Part shown: positions 8,845 through 17,934 of the stretch, piece after piece | Position numbering within the stretch: the first letter of the stretch is position 1 | Layout of the letters: every line of letters begins with the position of its first letter | IMG/VR virus record: IMGVR_UViG_3300046517_002304 | Location: 434,001-498,000 of that record | Strand: one strand, 5' to 3' | Length of the DNA stretch: 64,000 bases | The notes under the pieces: model-generated | Database searches by the model: none | What the model was told of the DNA's origin: nothing | The model's input: the letters and a program-made list of their open reading frames with translations, nothing else | Made by a program: the position numbers and the translations under genes

Positions 8845-9987
8845 TTATCGGAATTTTTTGTCGGCAACTGACGGAATCGCTTCATGGTCTTCTAAGTCAG
8901 ATTCTCTCAGAACAAGCTGAAGAAGGCTAAGCATAACAAAATAGTCGCGCTTCAAAGTCTTTTGTTTCACACCCTTAATTTTCGTTTCAAGGTCAGAACG
9001 AATATCTCTGATCTGCTTGGTGGAAAGAGGACGACCCTTTCCAGTTCTTGCGCCAAGTGTTTCATTTACTTCACCGATTACATCTGCCGTAATCGTCTTG
9101 TTGCCACTGGCCTTATTTAACGCCGCCATTCTCTCTTTGGCAGTGCTTAAGTCTGACGATGTGCTTTTCAGAACCTCCGTAGACTTCTTGAGGATACCGC
9201 TTGCCTCTGCTTTTCGGGAAAGCGGAGCACGTTTAACCATCACCTCTGCTACTTCAACATCAGTTTGAGCCTGCTCAACCTTTTCCTTCAGAGTCTCCAC
9301 TTGATCTATGGCGCTTTGAAGCCTGTTGGCATAATCCTTCTCCACCAAATTTCGAGCAAAGTCTATTACTGATTTAATCTTAGAAGAATTTGTCTTCAAC
9401 AACTGCAAGGCAGAACTACGGTTAATTATTCCAGAATTAAGAGCCTCCAATGCATACCTCGGTAAATTACCGATGCTGATTGTTTGAGAAACCCAACTGG
9501 GCGATGTGTCAAATATTCCAGCGATCTGGTCCCGAGTAAATGCCTTTTCGCCTTTTTCATTTGTCTCATTATCCAATCGCATACAAGCTTCAATACGTTC
9601 TATCTCTGTTAAGTCTACTCTCTCCAAATTATCGGAGTAAGCAATTCCAAGTGCGGTCATATCATCGCACTCAAAACACTTAACGTCTACGTTCGCAAAA
9701 ACCTCTTTCGCGGGCAACTTCTTCTGATGCTGCTGAGAATAACACGACTCTCCATCTTCTAGAAGCTTATAAATAGATCGTAAGCGACGTTCCCCACCAA
9801 GAAGCAGGTATTCGTTGTTTAATTTTCTAACGATGAGAGGATAAAGCAACCCTTGTGCGCAAATACTAGTTCTTAACGACTTCATCCTTTCGCTATTAAA
9901 AACAGTTCTCGCATTCTGCAAACTACCTCTATTAATAATCTTGATTTCGCCAACCGACAACTTCAGATGTTTAACGCTGCTTTCCAT
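8845..9987 (-). CDS. ParB/Srx-domain protein with HTH and long coiled coil
   Basis: GLLYPLIVR, LLGGERRLRS, DNLERVDLTEIE, SWVSQTISI. Confidence 0.85.
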   Translation of the reverse strand: MESSVKHLKLSVGEIKIINRGSLQNARTVFNSERMKSLRTSICAQGLLYPLIVRKLNNEYLLLGGERRLRSIYKLLEDGESCYSQQHQKKLPAKEVFANVDVKCFECDDMTALGIAYSDNLERVDLTEIERIEACMRLDNETNEKGEKAFTRDQIAGIFDTSPSWVSQTISIGNLPRYALEALNSGIINRSSALQLLKTNSSKIKSVIDFARNLVEKDYANRLQSAIDQVETLKEKVEQAQTDVEVAEVMVKRAPLSRKAEASGILKKSTEVLKSTSSDLSTAKERMAALNKASGNKTITADVIGEVNETLGARTGKGRPLSTKQIRDIRSDLETKIKGVKQKTLKRDYFVMLSLLQLVLRESDLEDHEAIPSVADKKFR

Positions 9988-10032
9988 CTTTGTTCCTTTC
10001 CATGGGCCAGAAATTTCAATCTGAACGATTCA

Positions 10033-10359
10033 TTAATGGTCTAAATCATAAGCAGAATAACCAAATCCACCCGTAGCCTGTCCAGAATTCATGTGGCTAG
10101 AATGACTGCCTGAATGACTGCCTGGATGAATACCAGTAATCCCAACTCCTCCAACTGCGCCATGCGTCCCCTGCAACGGATACTTAGGAGTAGGCACTGT
10201 AGCAACTTCTTTTTTCGGAAGAGTCGGCTGATGCTTCGGATCAGTCGGAAAAATAACTTTGCCACAACCAGAACAAACAACCCCAACATCAAGATTAATT
10301 TTATATCCGGTAACATCTTTACGGTGCGTTTGACAGTTAGGACAAAAAATTGCTTGCAT
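10033..10359 (-). CDS. zinc-ribbon protein with Gly/His/Ser-rich tail
   Basis: CPNC...CSGC; likely start ATG 10359. Confidence 0.65.
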   Translation of the reverse strand: MQAIFCPNCQTHRKDVTGYKINLDVGVVCSGCGKVIFPTDPKHQPTLPKKEVATVPTPKYPLQGTHGAVGGVGITGIHPGSHSGSHSSHMNSGQATGGFGYSAYDLDH

Positions 10360-10382
10360 ATTTCGTTCGTTTCCTGTGAAGA

Positions 10383-10416
10383 ACAATAGGCCAAAATGCG
10401 ACAAAAGGAAGTAAAA
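10383..10416 (-). promoter_or_regulatory. promoter class TTTTACTTCC-N18-TATTGT (copy 2)
   Basis: Exact motif and spacing; heads the Zn-ribbon/parB/csrA operon. Confidence 0.7.
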
Positions 10417-10454
10417 AATGGAAATTTTGTGAAAATCACCATAATTTACACTGT

Positions 10455-10808
10455 ATGAGCGATTTTACAACATGTCCATATAGAAGTCAAGGCCAAAATG
10501 GCGATATTGTCTGTAATCTGGCGGCTTCAATTATCAAAAGCTCTGATAACTCCCTTTGCGTCATAAACGACACTGTATGCCAAGCATGCTATGAGACAAA
10601 TGAAATTCCTAACGAAAAAAAAATAAATACAATAGTAGCAAGAGTACTCCAAGTGGCGGCTGGTCAAATCATCAAAAGAAATGAACCACCAGATGAAGTG
10701 CAAAGAGCAAATGACTTACTGCAATACATAAAAGATCAACTGCCAGAAAAATGCAACTGCGGGAACAAGCGAAAAACCATTATTAGAAAAATAGGAAAAA
10801 TACGATGA
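10455..10808 (+). CDS. Cys-rich hypothetical protein
   Basis: 117 aa; CPY...C...C...CxxC...CNC. Confidence 0.75.
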   Translation: MSDFTTCPYRSQGQNGDIVCNLAASIIKSSDNSLCVINDTVCQACYETNEIPNEKKINTIVARVLQVAAGQIIKRNEPPDEVQRANDLLQYIKDQLPEKCNCGNKRKTIIRKIGKIR

Positions 10809-11044
10809 GCGAATTTGATTTTGTTATTGCGCAGGCTAAAGGAAATTGCGGCGGGTCTGTTCTTTATAAATGTACCTTAAGCCAAGTGGACGGTAGCACT
10901 AATTGGCAACAAATTTCAGGTAGTTGCTCGGGCACATGTATACAAGTAGGTAAAAGTTGCGGGCAACAAAATATCAGCGTATTAGACAACTGCACTAATA
11001 ATAACGTGGGCCAAGAGGGTAGCGTCGGATGTATCTGTTCCTAA
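10805..11044 (+). CDS. small Cys-rich protein (8 Cys in 79 aa)
   Basis: ATGA overlap with the upstream stop; G/S/N/Q/C-rich. Confidence 0.7.
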   Translation: MSEFDFVIAQAKGNCGGSVLYKCTLSQVDGSTNWQQISGSCSGTCIQVGKSCGQQNISVLDNCTNNNVGQEGSVGCICS

Positions 11045-11045
11045 G

Positions 11046-12170
11046 ATGTTAAAACAAAATAAAAATATATCAGAGTTAATTAATGACTACACAAAAATAT
11101 GCGATACTCTACTTTATACTTCACCAGAGCAAATACAAAAAACGACCAGCCATCTCCAACAAAGTATAAGTAGGCATTTTGGCTACACCGGTAAAATCCA
11201 CACAAAAGACGACTTATCTATAAAGAACGATTGGCTTAATAAGAGCAGGCCGCACTTTCCGGCCAAGACATCTGGAACAACATCCGGCCAATCATTCAAC
11301 TACTTGATTGACTCACAATTTTATCAATTCGTAGAGTTTAATTGCCGCTATCAAAAAATAATAGACGAATTCAAGGTTAATTGCCAAAACATCCTGTTCT
11401 TACTAAAAACACAAACAGGCAAAAAACAAAACATAAAAAATAAAAACAACGCTCCATCCCTAAACTCTCATGGAACAACAGGAACATATACTCATTACCT
11501 AGAATGGTCAAATAACCTAGTAGATGATATGGATATCATCACAAAATATCTTGATGACAATAAAATTGATGTCGTGCTAACGGACGGATCTGTAGTAAAT
11601 GTTCTAGCCAGGTATATTAAGAAACACAATCTAAAAAATAAAATATGCACACTTTTATCCAGCACAAACGAAAAGTTAAATTCAGAAGATGCCAACTTTC
11701 TTTTATCTAACGGAAATATCAATTACTGGTGCGACCACATGAGATGCTGGGATGGCGGCGCGGCATTTATGACTTGTCCTTTTTACACGCGCCATTTGTT
11801 AGAGAATTTATCTTACGTTTCCTCAAAAGATGAAAAACTAATATCTACTGATTACTTCAACCTAGCATCACCGTTTATAGACTACTGGAATGGAGATTAC
11901 TGTAGTCTGGACGATAATTATCAATTATGCGCTTGCGGAAGATGGTATAGAAACTTTGAACTATCAAGATGCAGGGATTGGTCAGTTCACGGAATAACAA
12001 GTACAGAAATCAAAAATAGAATACAAGCACTAAAAATACATGGCATTAGACAAGTGAGATGTGACGACCGAAATATTACAATTATATCACATCAACCAAT
12101 AAGCGCTAATAATCAACAAAAAATATTAGAACAACTAACGAACTTCACGATTAACTTTGTTAATGAGTGA
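11046..12170 (+). CDS. ANL-superfamily adenylate-forming enzyme (phenylacetate-CoA ligase/CapK-like)
   Basis: KTSGTTSG P-loop, LISTDYFNLASPFIDYWNGD, CACGR. Confidence 0.8.
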   Translation: MLKQNKNISELINDYTKICDTLLYTSPEQIQKTTSHLQQSISRHFGYTGKIHTKDDLSIKNDWLNKSRPHFPAKTSGTTSGQSFNYLIDSQFYQFVEFNCRYQKIIDEFKVNCQNILFLLKTQTGKKQNIKNKNNAPSLNSHGTTGTYTHYLEWSNNLVDDMDIITKYLDDNKIDVVLTDGSVVNVLARYIKKHNLKNKICTLLSSTNEKLNSEDANFLLSNGNINYWCDHMRCWDGGAAFMTCPFYTRHLLENLSYVSSKDEKLISTDYFNLASPFIDYWNGDYCSLDDNYQLCACGRWYRNFELSRCRDWSVHGITSTEIKNRIQALKIHGIRQVRCDDRNITIISHQPISANNQQKILEQLTNFTINFVNE

Positions 12171-12824
12171 GTAGTATACCTTTTTCAAATCTTCAAGCTT
12201 TGTCACGAAATGAATATTATCATTACCGTTATAACGGTTCCAAGTAACCGGTGGCCCAATAACTATAGTTGGTGTATCAGTCATAGCCGCTAGATGAGCG
12301 GTTCCGGTATCAGTGCTTATATTCAATTTGGCGGATGCCAACCATTTAAACTTTTCACAAATACTATCGCTACATTTATTGTGTAAATTATCAACCTGAC
12401 TTATTTCATAAGACGAAAGATTAATCAGTTTTTCACCAGACAACATTTGAAAAATATCACGCAAAACACTTTTATGCAATCTTCTAGAAAGATTATGCTC
12501 AAATATAGTCTCACCTGTGCTAATTAACGATACTGTGATATAATCCTTTTTCTTAAAGTTATCAAGTAAATTTGACTTGACATATGGCAAATAATCTGTG
12601 TGCCACCAATGAGAGCGAACGGAGATAGGCTTATCACAACTCTCCACTAAGGTAATGTCATTCTCAAACAACGACAATATCATAGAAATGGTGCACCTAT
12701 ATTCTGGAAGCCAATGAGTCATAAAGCGTTTGTCTGTGGACTGACAATACTGAATTGTACTAATAAAATCTCCCAGCCCAGGATCTTTAGGAGTATAGCA
12801 CGGCTCTATCATAACATCAAACAA
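12135..12824 (-). CDS. GT9-like glycosyltransferase
   Basis: ISTDTGTAHLAAMTDTPTIVI. Confidence 0.75.
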   Translation of the reverse strand: MFDVMIEPCYTPKDPGLGDFISTIQYCQSTDKRFMTHWLPEYRCTISMILSLFENDITLVESCDKPISVRSHWWHTDYLPYVKSNLLDNFKKKDYITVSLISTGETIFEHNLSRRLHKSVLRDIFQMLSGEKLINLSSYEISQVDNLHNKCSDSICEKFKWLASAKLNISTDTGTAHLAAMTDTPTIVIGPPVTWNRYNGNDNIHFVTKLEDLKKVYYSLINKVNREVR

Positions 12825-13522
12825 CCATAATTCGTATACTGATTATAAGCTTTATCATGACCCTTATTAATCCCACAAAAATGAGTGGCAAACTGAGATG
12901 GGTTGTATTCGGGGTACGAAATAGAAACCGAAGCTTGTGATATTTGTATATAATTATTAGTATTTAAAATAATGGTAGCCAAAACTCCTTGATCGTCATT
13001 CCAATGCCGCCAAAAATTACCTGACTCTCTACTCAAAACATCACTAATAGCCTGTTGCAAATCAAATCCAGGCGGGTATCCTACAATGCCTGAGTTTAAT
13101 CTCATCCCTTTCGGGACATACTGATCAAATTTGCCAAGATTTCTTTTTCTACCATCACAAACTAAAAACTTACTGTCGGCAAGAAACTCATCAATTTCGG
13201 GTAATTTCTTAAACCATAAAATATCATTATCTAAAATTATCTCATGTGTATCCATTCGCATTCGTGGTGGATATAACTTCCACTTACTGTCAGAAGGAGG
13301 GTATTTAATCTCATTATTATAAGAAACATTATGAAGTGGCACCCCCAAAGATGCTATCTCATTTACCTGAGATTCATCTAAGCTATTATGAGCAATTACA
13401 TAGTCAAAGGTATCAGTATAAATATTAGTAAATGAATTAACCGCTTCTTTAAGTGTCCTAAAACCAAGCGCGTGAACCTGTCCTATAGTCCAACGAACCA
13501 AAGGCTTCATTGTTTCCGTCAT
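12809..13522 (-). CDS. GT-A fold nucleotide-sugar transferase-like protein
   Basis: ILDNDILW (DxD), LNSGIVG, DDQG. Confidence 0.65.
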   Translation of the reverse strand: MTETMKPLVRWTIGQVHALGFRTLKEAVNSFTNIYTDTFDYVIAHNSLDESQVNEIASLGVPLHNVSYNNEIKYPPSDSKWKLYPPRMRMDTHEIILDNDILWFKKLPEIDEFLADSKFLVCDGRKRNLGKFDQYVPKGMRLNSGIVGYPPGFDLQQAISDVLSRESGNFWRHWNDDQGVLATIILNTNNYIQISQASVSISYPEYNPSQFATHFCGINKGHDKAYNQYTNYGCLML

Positions 13523-14343
13523 AGAAATTTCCTTGTGTCTAGTTCTCTAAAAATATCTACCAGGTCTTGCGGGAATAAATGCAAGCTATTTCTTACTTCA
13601 TGCAGCAAAATACTACTTTCTCTGTCAATCGGCAGCTTACATTTCTTAAAATATTTGACAGCATTAATAGCGGTCATAATTTTAAAATTGTCAACTTTCT
13701 GCCCTTTCCAATAAACATTCTTATGATGATATAAATGAAGTTCGTCGTCGTCCAAATATACTTGCTCATATCCCTTGCTTATTATATTATGAGTTTGATA
13801 ATTATCTGTAAATCCATACCCAGAAAAGGTTTCATCCATTCCATCGGTCGCCAGGTAATCGTTCTTATAAAAAACTGTATTCCCAGAAAACAAATTTTTA
13901 CTTCTACCTACGTTTGCAATAGAGCGATAATCCTGCACTTTGTCAATATGATTAGATTCAATTTCATAATCAGAATAAGGCTTGGCCAAATCATACAAAT
14001 ACTTAGTTGTTATAAACTGCTTAGGACGAAGCCCGTTCACGCATTTATGGAAATAACCATGAGGAAGAATGCGATCAGAGTCTAGTAATACAATGACGCT
14101 ACCGGAGGCATTTTGTACTCCATAATTACAGAACTTGGCCTTATTATACGTTAAATCGCCAAAATTGTAAACACTATTTACGGCAAATTTAGTGTCAATT
14201 TTCTCGCAATTATCGTGGCACAGCAAAAAAAGCTCACTACCTAAAAGATCAGGTTCCCGATTTTCCAGGAACCTGATAGATTGGCACAAATTATCTAACC
14301 GAGAAGAATGAAAGTAAATAACAAATGAAACTGTGTTTTGCAT
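13519..14343 (-). CDS. GT2/galactosyltransferase-like glycosyltransferase
   Basis: LLDSDRIL, GMDETFSGYGFTD. Confidence 0.8.
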   Translation of the reverse strand: MQNTVSFVIYFHSSRLDNLCQSIRFLENREPDLLGSELFLLCHDNCEKIDTKFAVNSVYNFGDLTYNKAKFCNYGVQNASGSVIVLLDSDRILPHGYFHKCVNGLRPKQFITTKYLYDLAKPYSDYEIESNHIDKVQDYRSIANVGRSKNLFSGNTVFYKNDYLATDGMDETFSGYGFTDNYQTHNIISKGYEQVYLDDDELHLYHHKNVYWKGQKVDNFKIMTAINAVKYFKKCKLPIDRESSILLHEVRNSLHLFPQDLVDIFRELDTRKFL

Positions 14344-14372
14344 CTGCTCATTCCACTCAATAACCTATTTTT

Positions 14373-14519
14373 TTATAGACTCTGCTGGCATACATTGATA
14401 GCAGGGAGATAAGCGAACGAAAAAGTGCTGCAAAACAAGTTGTTTTTAGGGCAATTTGCGTAGAAAATCTTCCAATTTACCTGTGTTTGTGAAGCATCAC
14501 CGTGTTTACAATTAATCAT
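14373..14519 (-). CDS. 48-aa Cys-containing peptide
   Basis: Below the ORF-track cutoff; AGGAG 7 nt before ATG; MINCKHGDASQTQVNWKIFYANCPKNNLFCSTFSFAYLPAINVCQQSL. Confidence 0.5.
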   Translation of the reverse strand: MINCKHGDASQTQVNWKIFYANCPKNNLFCSTFSFAYLPAINVCQQSL

Positions 14520-14610
14520 TTTAAGTCTCCTGAGCTGACATCAATATATATTCACTTTATCTAGGTAAATTTTAAAACGTCAAAACAGCCGCCTTATATC
14601 ACATATATCG

Positions 14611-16113
14611 TCAAATAATGTCACTCTTTTTATAATATTTCTTATACATGCTAACCAAGTCATTTTTAATCTGGCCTTCGGGAATATCCGACCAAGATAA
14701 GCTGCACATATCTACAACAGAATTACACTTGGTATTCTTATAATAATTTAAACTATTCTTCCCTATCAGCTTAATAAAGCTTACTACGTTGTTTTCTACA
14801 CAAAACCTAATATACGGCTTTTCTTCTTTTACGGACTCTATCATCTGATTCCAATGCACATAATAATATGCTGCACGAAGCAATGGGTCAGAAATATCCC
14901 GTAATTCAGGCAGATATTTTAAAATGTATTTTTCGTAATCACTCTCAAAATCCTTAAAGTACCCGATACCATTCACAAAAGAATTAATCACATTTATCGG
15001 ATGCCTCACTAAATGCACTACTCTTGCTTCACCGAGAAATTCATCACGCAAATATGGCGCTGCCATATAACTAGCTTCGGCATCTAATGGAATAGTAGGA
15101 TCTTTAATCTGCTTTATACCAGCCCATTCTGATGATCCGCTGTTATATCCATAATTTTTATAAGTGCATCCTTTATTAATGAATATTCTTTCATGACCAC
15201 AAGAAACGCCAACACTATTAAGCAAGCCGGTAAAATATGCAGTTCCGCTCCTGCCAGTTCCGCATACAATGTACTGTAGCTTCTTATCTGGAGGATTAAT
15301 TTCAACGCCTTCAATCACCTTATCCGACCAAGACAAATACTTCTCTCTCATCTTCTTGTATTTAATTCTCACTGAACAATCAGAAATAACCTTAAGCGGA
15401 TGAACAACAGATGCATTGGTCGCAAGGTCTGTTATTTCAATGTTCGGACGAAACCTCATTAGGTATCTTGTGTTAGACCAAACATCCTTCCGCCATGCAC
15501 CAATCTCAAATACGTTTCCGCCAAAATGCTTAACAAGAGTGGGGTAAAGAGTTTCCTCAAAAGCATATCCTCTATAATCTGGAAATTTACCTTTCTCAAA
15601 TGTAGATGTAGCTTCCAAAAATCTATTAAAAAAATTAGTGTCAATTAACTTTTTAATAAACTTTCCAGAATAAAAAACACAACACCCAAGCATCGTAGAG
15701 TATTTCTCTATTTTTTCACCTATAATTTTATCTAATACCGGCAAGTCTCCACTATGATGCCTAATATCACAAGCCAGACAAGATATGCCGGTCTTATTTT
15801 TTAAATCATCTAAAAAACTACTAGAAGTAAAAAGACAATCATATTCAACATAAATGTACCAATCATAATCTGGAAATAATTCGTATATCTTCTGAAGTCC
15901 AAAAGAAACACTACGATAAGGAGATTTATGAAAATTATGAAAAAGACCCCTAATAACCTTTGTATTACCCCAGTGTATGAAGGAAAACTTATTCCATCCA
16001 GCATCATCTATCATTATAGCAACATCGTCCGAAACCCATGTCCGAATAGACTCTAGTGTATCCAAAACAAGGTTGGGATAATCATGACAATTTAATAATA
16101 CGGCAATTTTCAT
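14611..16113 (-). CDS. GT-A-like domain fused to a sulfotransferase-like domain
   Basis: N-terminal YVEYDCLF; C-terminal VCGTGRSGT (PAPS loop) and HLVRHPINVINSF. Confidence 0.7.
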   Translation of the reverse strand: MKIAVLLNCHDYPNLVLDTLESIRTWVSDDVAIMIDDAGWNKFSFIHWGNTKVIRGLFHNFHKSPYRSVSFGLQKIYELFPDYDWYIYVEYDCLFTSSSFLDDLKNKTGISCLACDIRHHSGDLPVLDKIIGEKIEKYSTMLGCCVFYSGKFIKKLIDTNFFNRFLEATSTFEKGKFPDYRGYAFEETLYPTLVKHFGGNVFEIGAWRKDVWSNTRYLMRFRPNIEITDLATNASVVHPLKVISDCSVRIKYKKMREKYLSWSDKVIEGVEINPPDKKLQYIVCGTGRSGTAYFTGLLNSVGVSCGHERIFINKGCTYKNYGYNSGSSEWAGIKQIKDPTIPLDAEASYMAAPYLRDEFLGEARVVHLVRHPINVINSFVNGIGYFKDFESDYEKYILKYLPELRDISDPLLRAAYYYVHWNQMIESVKEEKPYIRFCVENNVVSFIKLIGKNSLNYYKNTKCNSVVDMCSLSWSDIPEGQIKNDLVSMYKKYYKKSDII

Positions 16114-17010
16114 TTAATGCCTTAAAACAAACTCGCAAAACCTTTGCTCTATCTGAAATATCGGCAATCTGCGGCCAGAGCTTAAGTCGTCATCTGGGGA
16201 TAATAACCACCTTTGCTTAATTCTATTGGCAATAATAGGGGTTTGAAAAAATGGCTCTACGTGGTCTTTCACTATCTTTTCATTCACTCTCCGCAACCCA
16301 GCCATATCAAACATTTTATAATATTCACCAAGAGGATGTATGATTTTTCTGGTATAAGTAAGCTTATATCCCATTTTTTCTATTTCATCGTCAGTAAAAA
16401 CAAGATGAATATACGCCTTATTAATTTGTTGATACAAATGAGAGCCATGCTTAGAGCACCACGGATGACATACTACGTAAATCTTACCAGAATCGGCTAA
16501 GATAGATTTAATGCTTTGCATCATACTATACGGCGAAAGAGAGTGATCTATAACATCATATAAAAAAATAACATCATACTTGCGACTTGATATACTTTGG
16601 AAATCACCGGTCAAAAACAAATTATCATTTTTAGCCCGCTTATCCCATCCAGAAGAAGAAATATCATATCCATAAGACGCCTTAACTCCCCAGTCTAGCG
16701 CTCTTTCACAAATATGCGCCTCTCCGCACCCGAAGTCAAGGAATACCTTATCTTTTAATTCGATAGATGCCTCGGCCAAAATAGCATCGGCTCTACTAAA
16801 TTTATCATCTTCGGAATTAGAGTCACATATAAAAGACGGATCAACCGCTGCTGGCCAAGCATCACTATGGAGCATTTTTACAAGACTTTGATATTCAATT
16901 TCTCGTAAAAACGAAGATATGTCGCTTATTTTTATATTGTCATCCAGTATTATGTCTGGATCTAAGGACGACAGCAACGGCCAAGTGTTATTAAGTTCTG
17001 ATATTCTCAC
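16114..17010 (-). CDS. class I SAM-dependent methyltransferase
   Basis: FLDFGCGEA, YDVIFLYDVIDH. Confidence 0.85.
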   Translation of the reverse strand: MRISELNNTWPLLSSLDPDIILDDNIKISDISSFLREIEYQSLVKMLHSDAWPAAVDPSFICDSNSEDDKFSRADAILAEASIELKDKVFLDFGCGEAHICERALDWGVKASYGYDISSSGWDKRAKNDNLFLTGDFQSISSRKYDVIFLYDVIDHSLSPYSMMQSIKSILADSGKIYVVCHPWCSKHGSHLYQQINKAYIHLVFTDDEIEKMGYKLTYTRKIIHPLGEYYKMFDMAGLRRVNEKIVKDHVEPFFQTPIIANRIKQRWLLSPDDDLSSGRRLPIFQIEQRFCEFVLRH

Positions 17011-17020
17011 ACACTATTTA

Positions 17021-17932
17021 TCATTCATTCCGAAAACTATACCATACACCGTAGTTATAGAATAAACTAAACTCACCTCTACAGGGAATTCGCGCCCATT
17101 CAACGTCTGCTGTTTTAATCTGCTGAATAGTGTTAACTTGATCAAAGCCATATATTCTATAGTATTTAAGCGATTTGGTAGCAACATCAAGTCTAGTAAA
17201 TCCGCCTAATGGCAAAATATCACCAAACATTTTCTTTCCAGCAAACATCAAGCATTGATAAAAATCTGGAATAAACGGAAAATTCCTTCTTCCGTTCAGC
17301 TTATCCACACGGATCAAATGATATGACGATTTTATCTTGTGGACTTCTTTATCTTTATCAAGCGCACCCATTTTAGCTGGCACCCAATCGGGCGCAGGGA
17401 TATGTTTTTTGTTCTTATCTATGAGAACAACCGACGCACAGGAAGCAAGGCTGCTATGTGCAATTTTTTCTATCTCAATTACGCTTACGGTATGAGGGAT
17501 ATCTGATATAGGAATCTTACTGCAATAACGACCATCCATGTATTCTTCAAGATAATCAACTGGACTATCATGGTCCTCACAACAATTATATTTAAAATGA
17601 CGCAGTGTCTCTGGGCCACCGTTATCATCACCGTAATAATGGCTTCCTACAATCTTACTTCTGTAATTATCAGACTTTCCATTTAGCCACTTCCCGCCGC
17701 GCCACAAAATACAATCTTCTTCACCATAATCAAGGACAAAATCTTTTATGCATGACCGCCAATTCACATCGTCTAGCGTGCTGTATTCATAGTACTTCTT
17801 AATATCCCCCCTATAGCAAACTAAATAACTCAAATCATAAAGATCTATATTAGCCGGCATATTATAGCCGCAATCTATGAATTCAAATACCGTATCTTCA
17901 CTCAGTTTTTGGGCTTTGCGTCTTCTAGACAT
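17021..17932 (-). CDS. hypothetical protein
   Basis: 303 aa ORF in operon. Confidence 0.75.
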   Translation of the reverse strand: MSRRRKAQKLSEDTVFEFIDCGYNMPANIDLYDLSYLVCYRGDIKKYYEYSTLDDVNWRSCIKDFVLDYGEEDCILWRGGKWLNGKSDNYRSKIVGSHYYGDDNGGPETLRHFKYNCCEDHDSPVDYLEEYMDGRYCSKIPISDIPHTVSVIEIEKIAHSSLASCASVVLIDKNKKHIPAPDWVPAKMGALDKDKEVHKIKSSYHLIRVDKLNGRRNFPFIPDFYQCLMFAGKKMFGDILPLGGFTRLDVATKSLKYYRIYGFDQVNTIQQIKTADVEWARIPCRGEFSLFYNYGVWYSFRNE

Positions 17933-17934
17933 TG

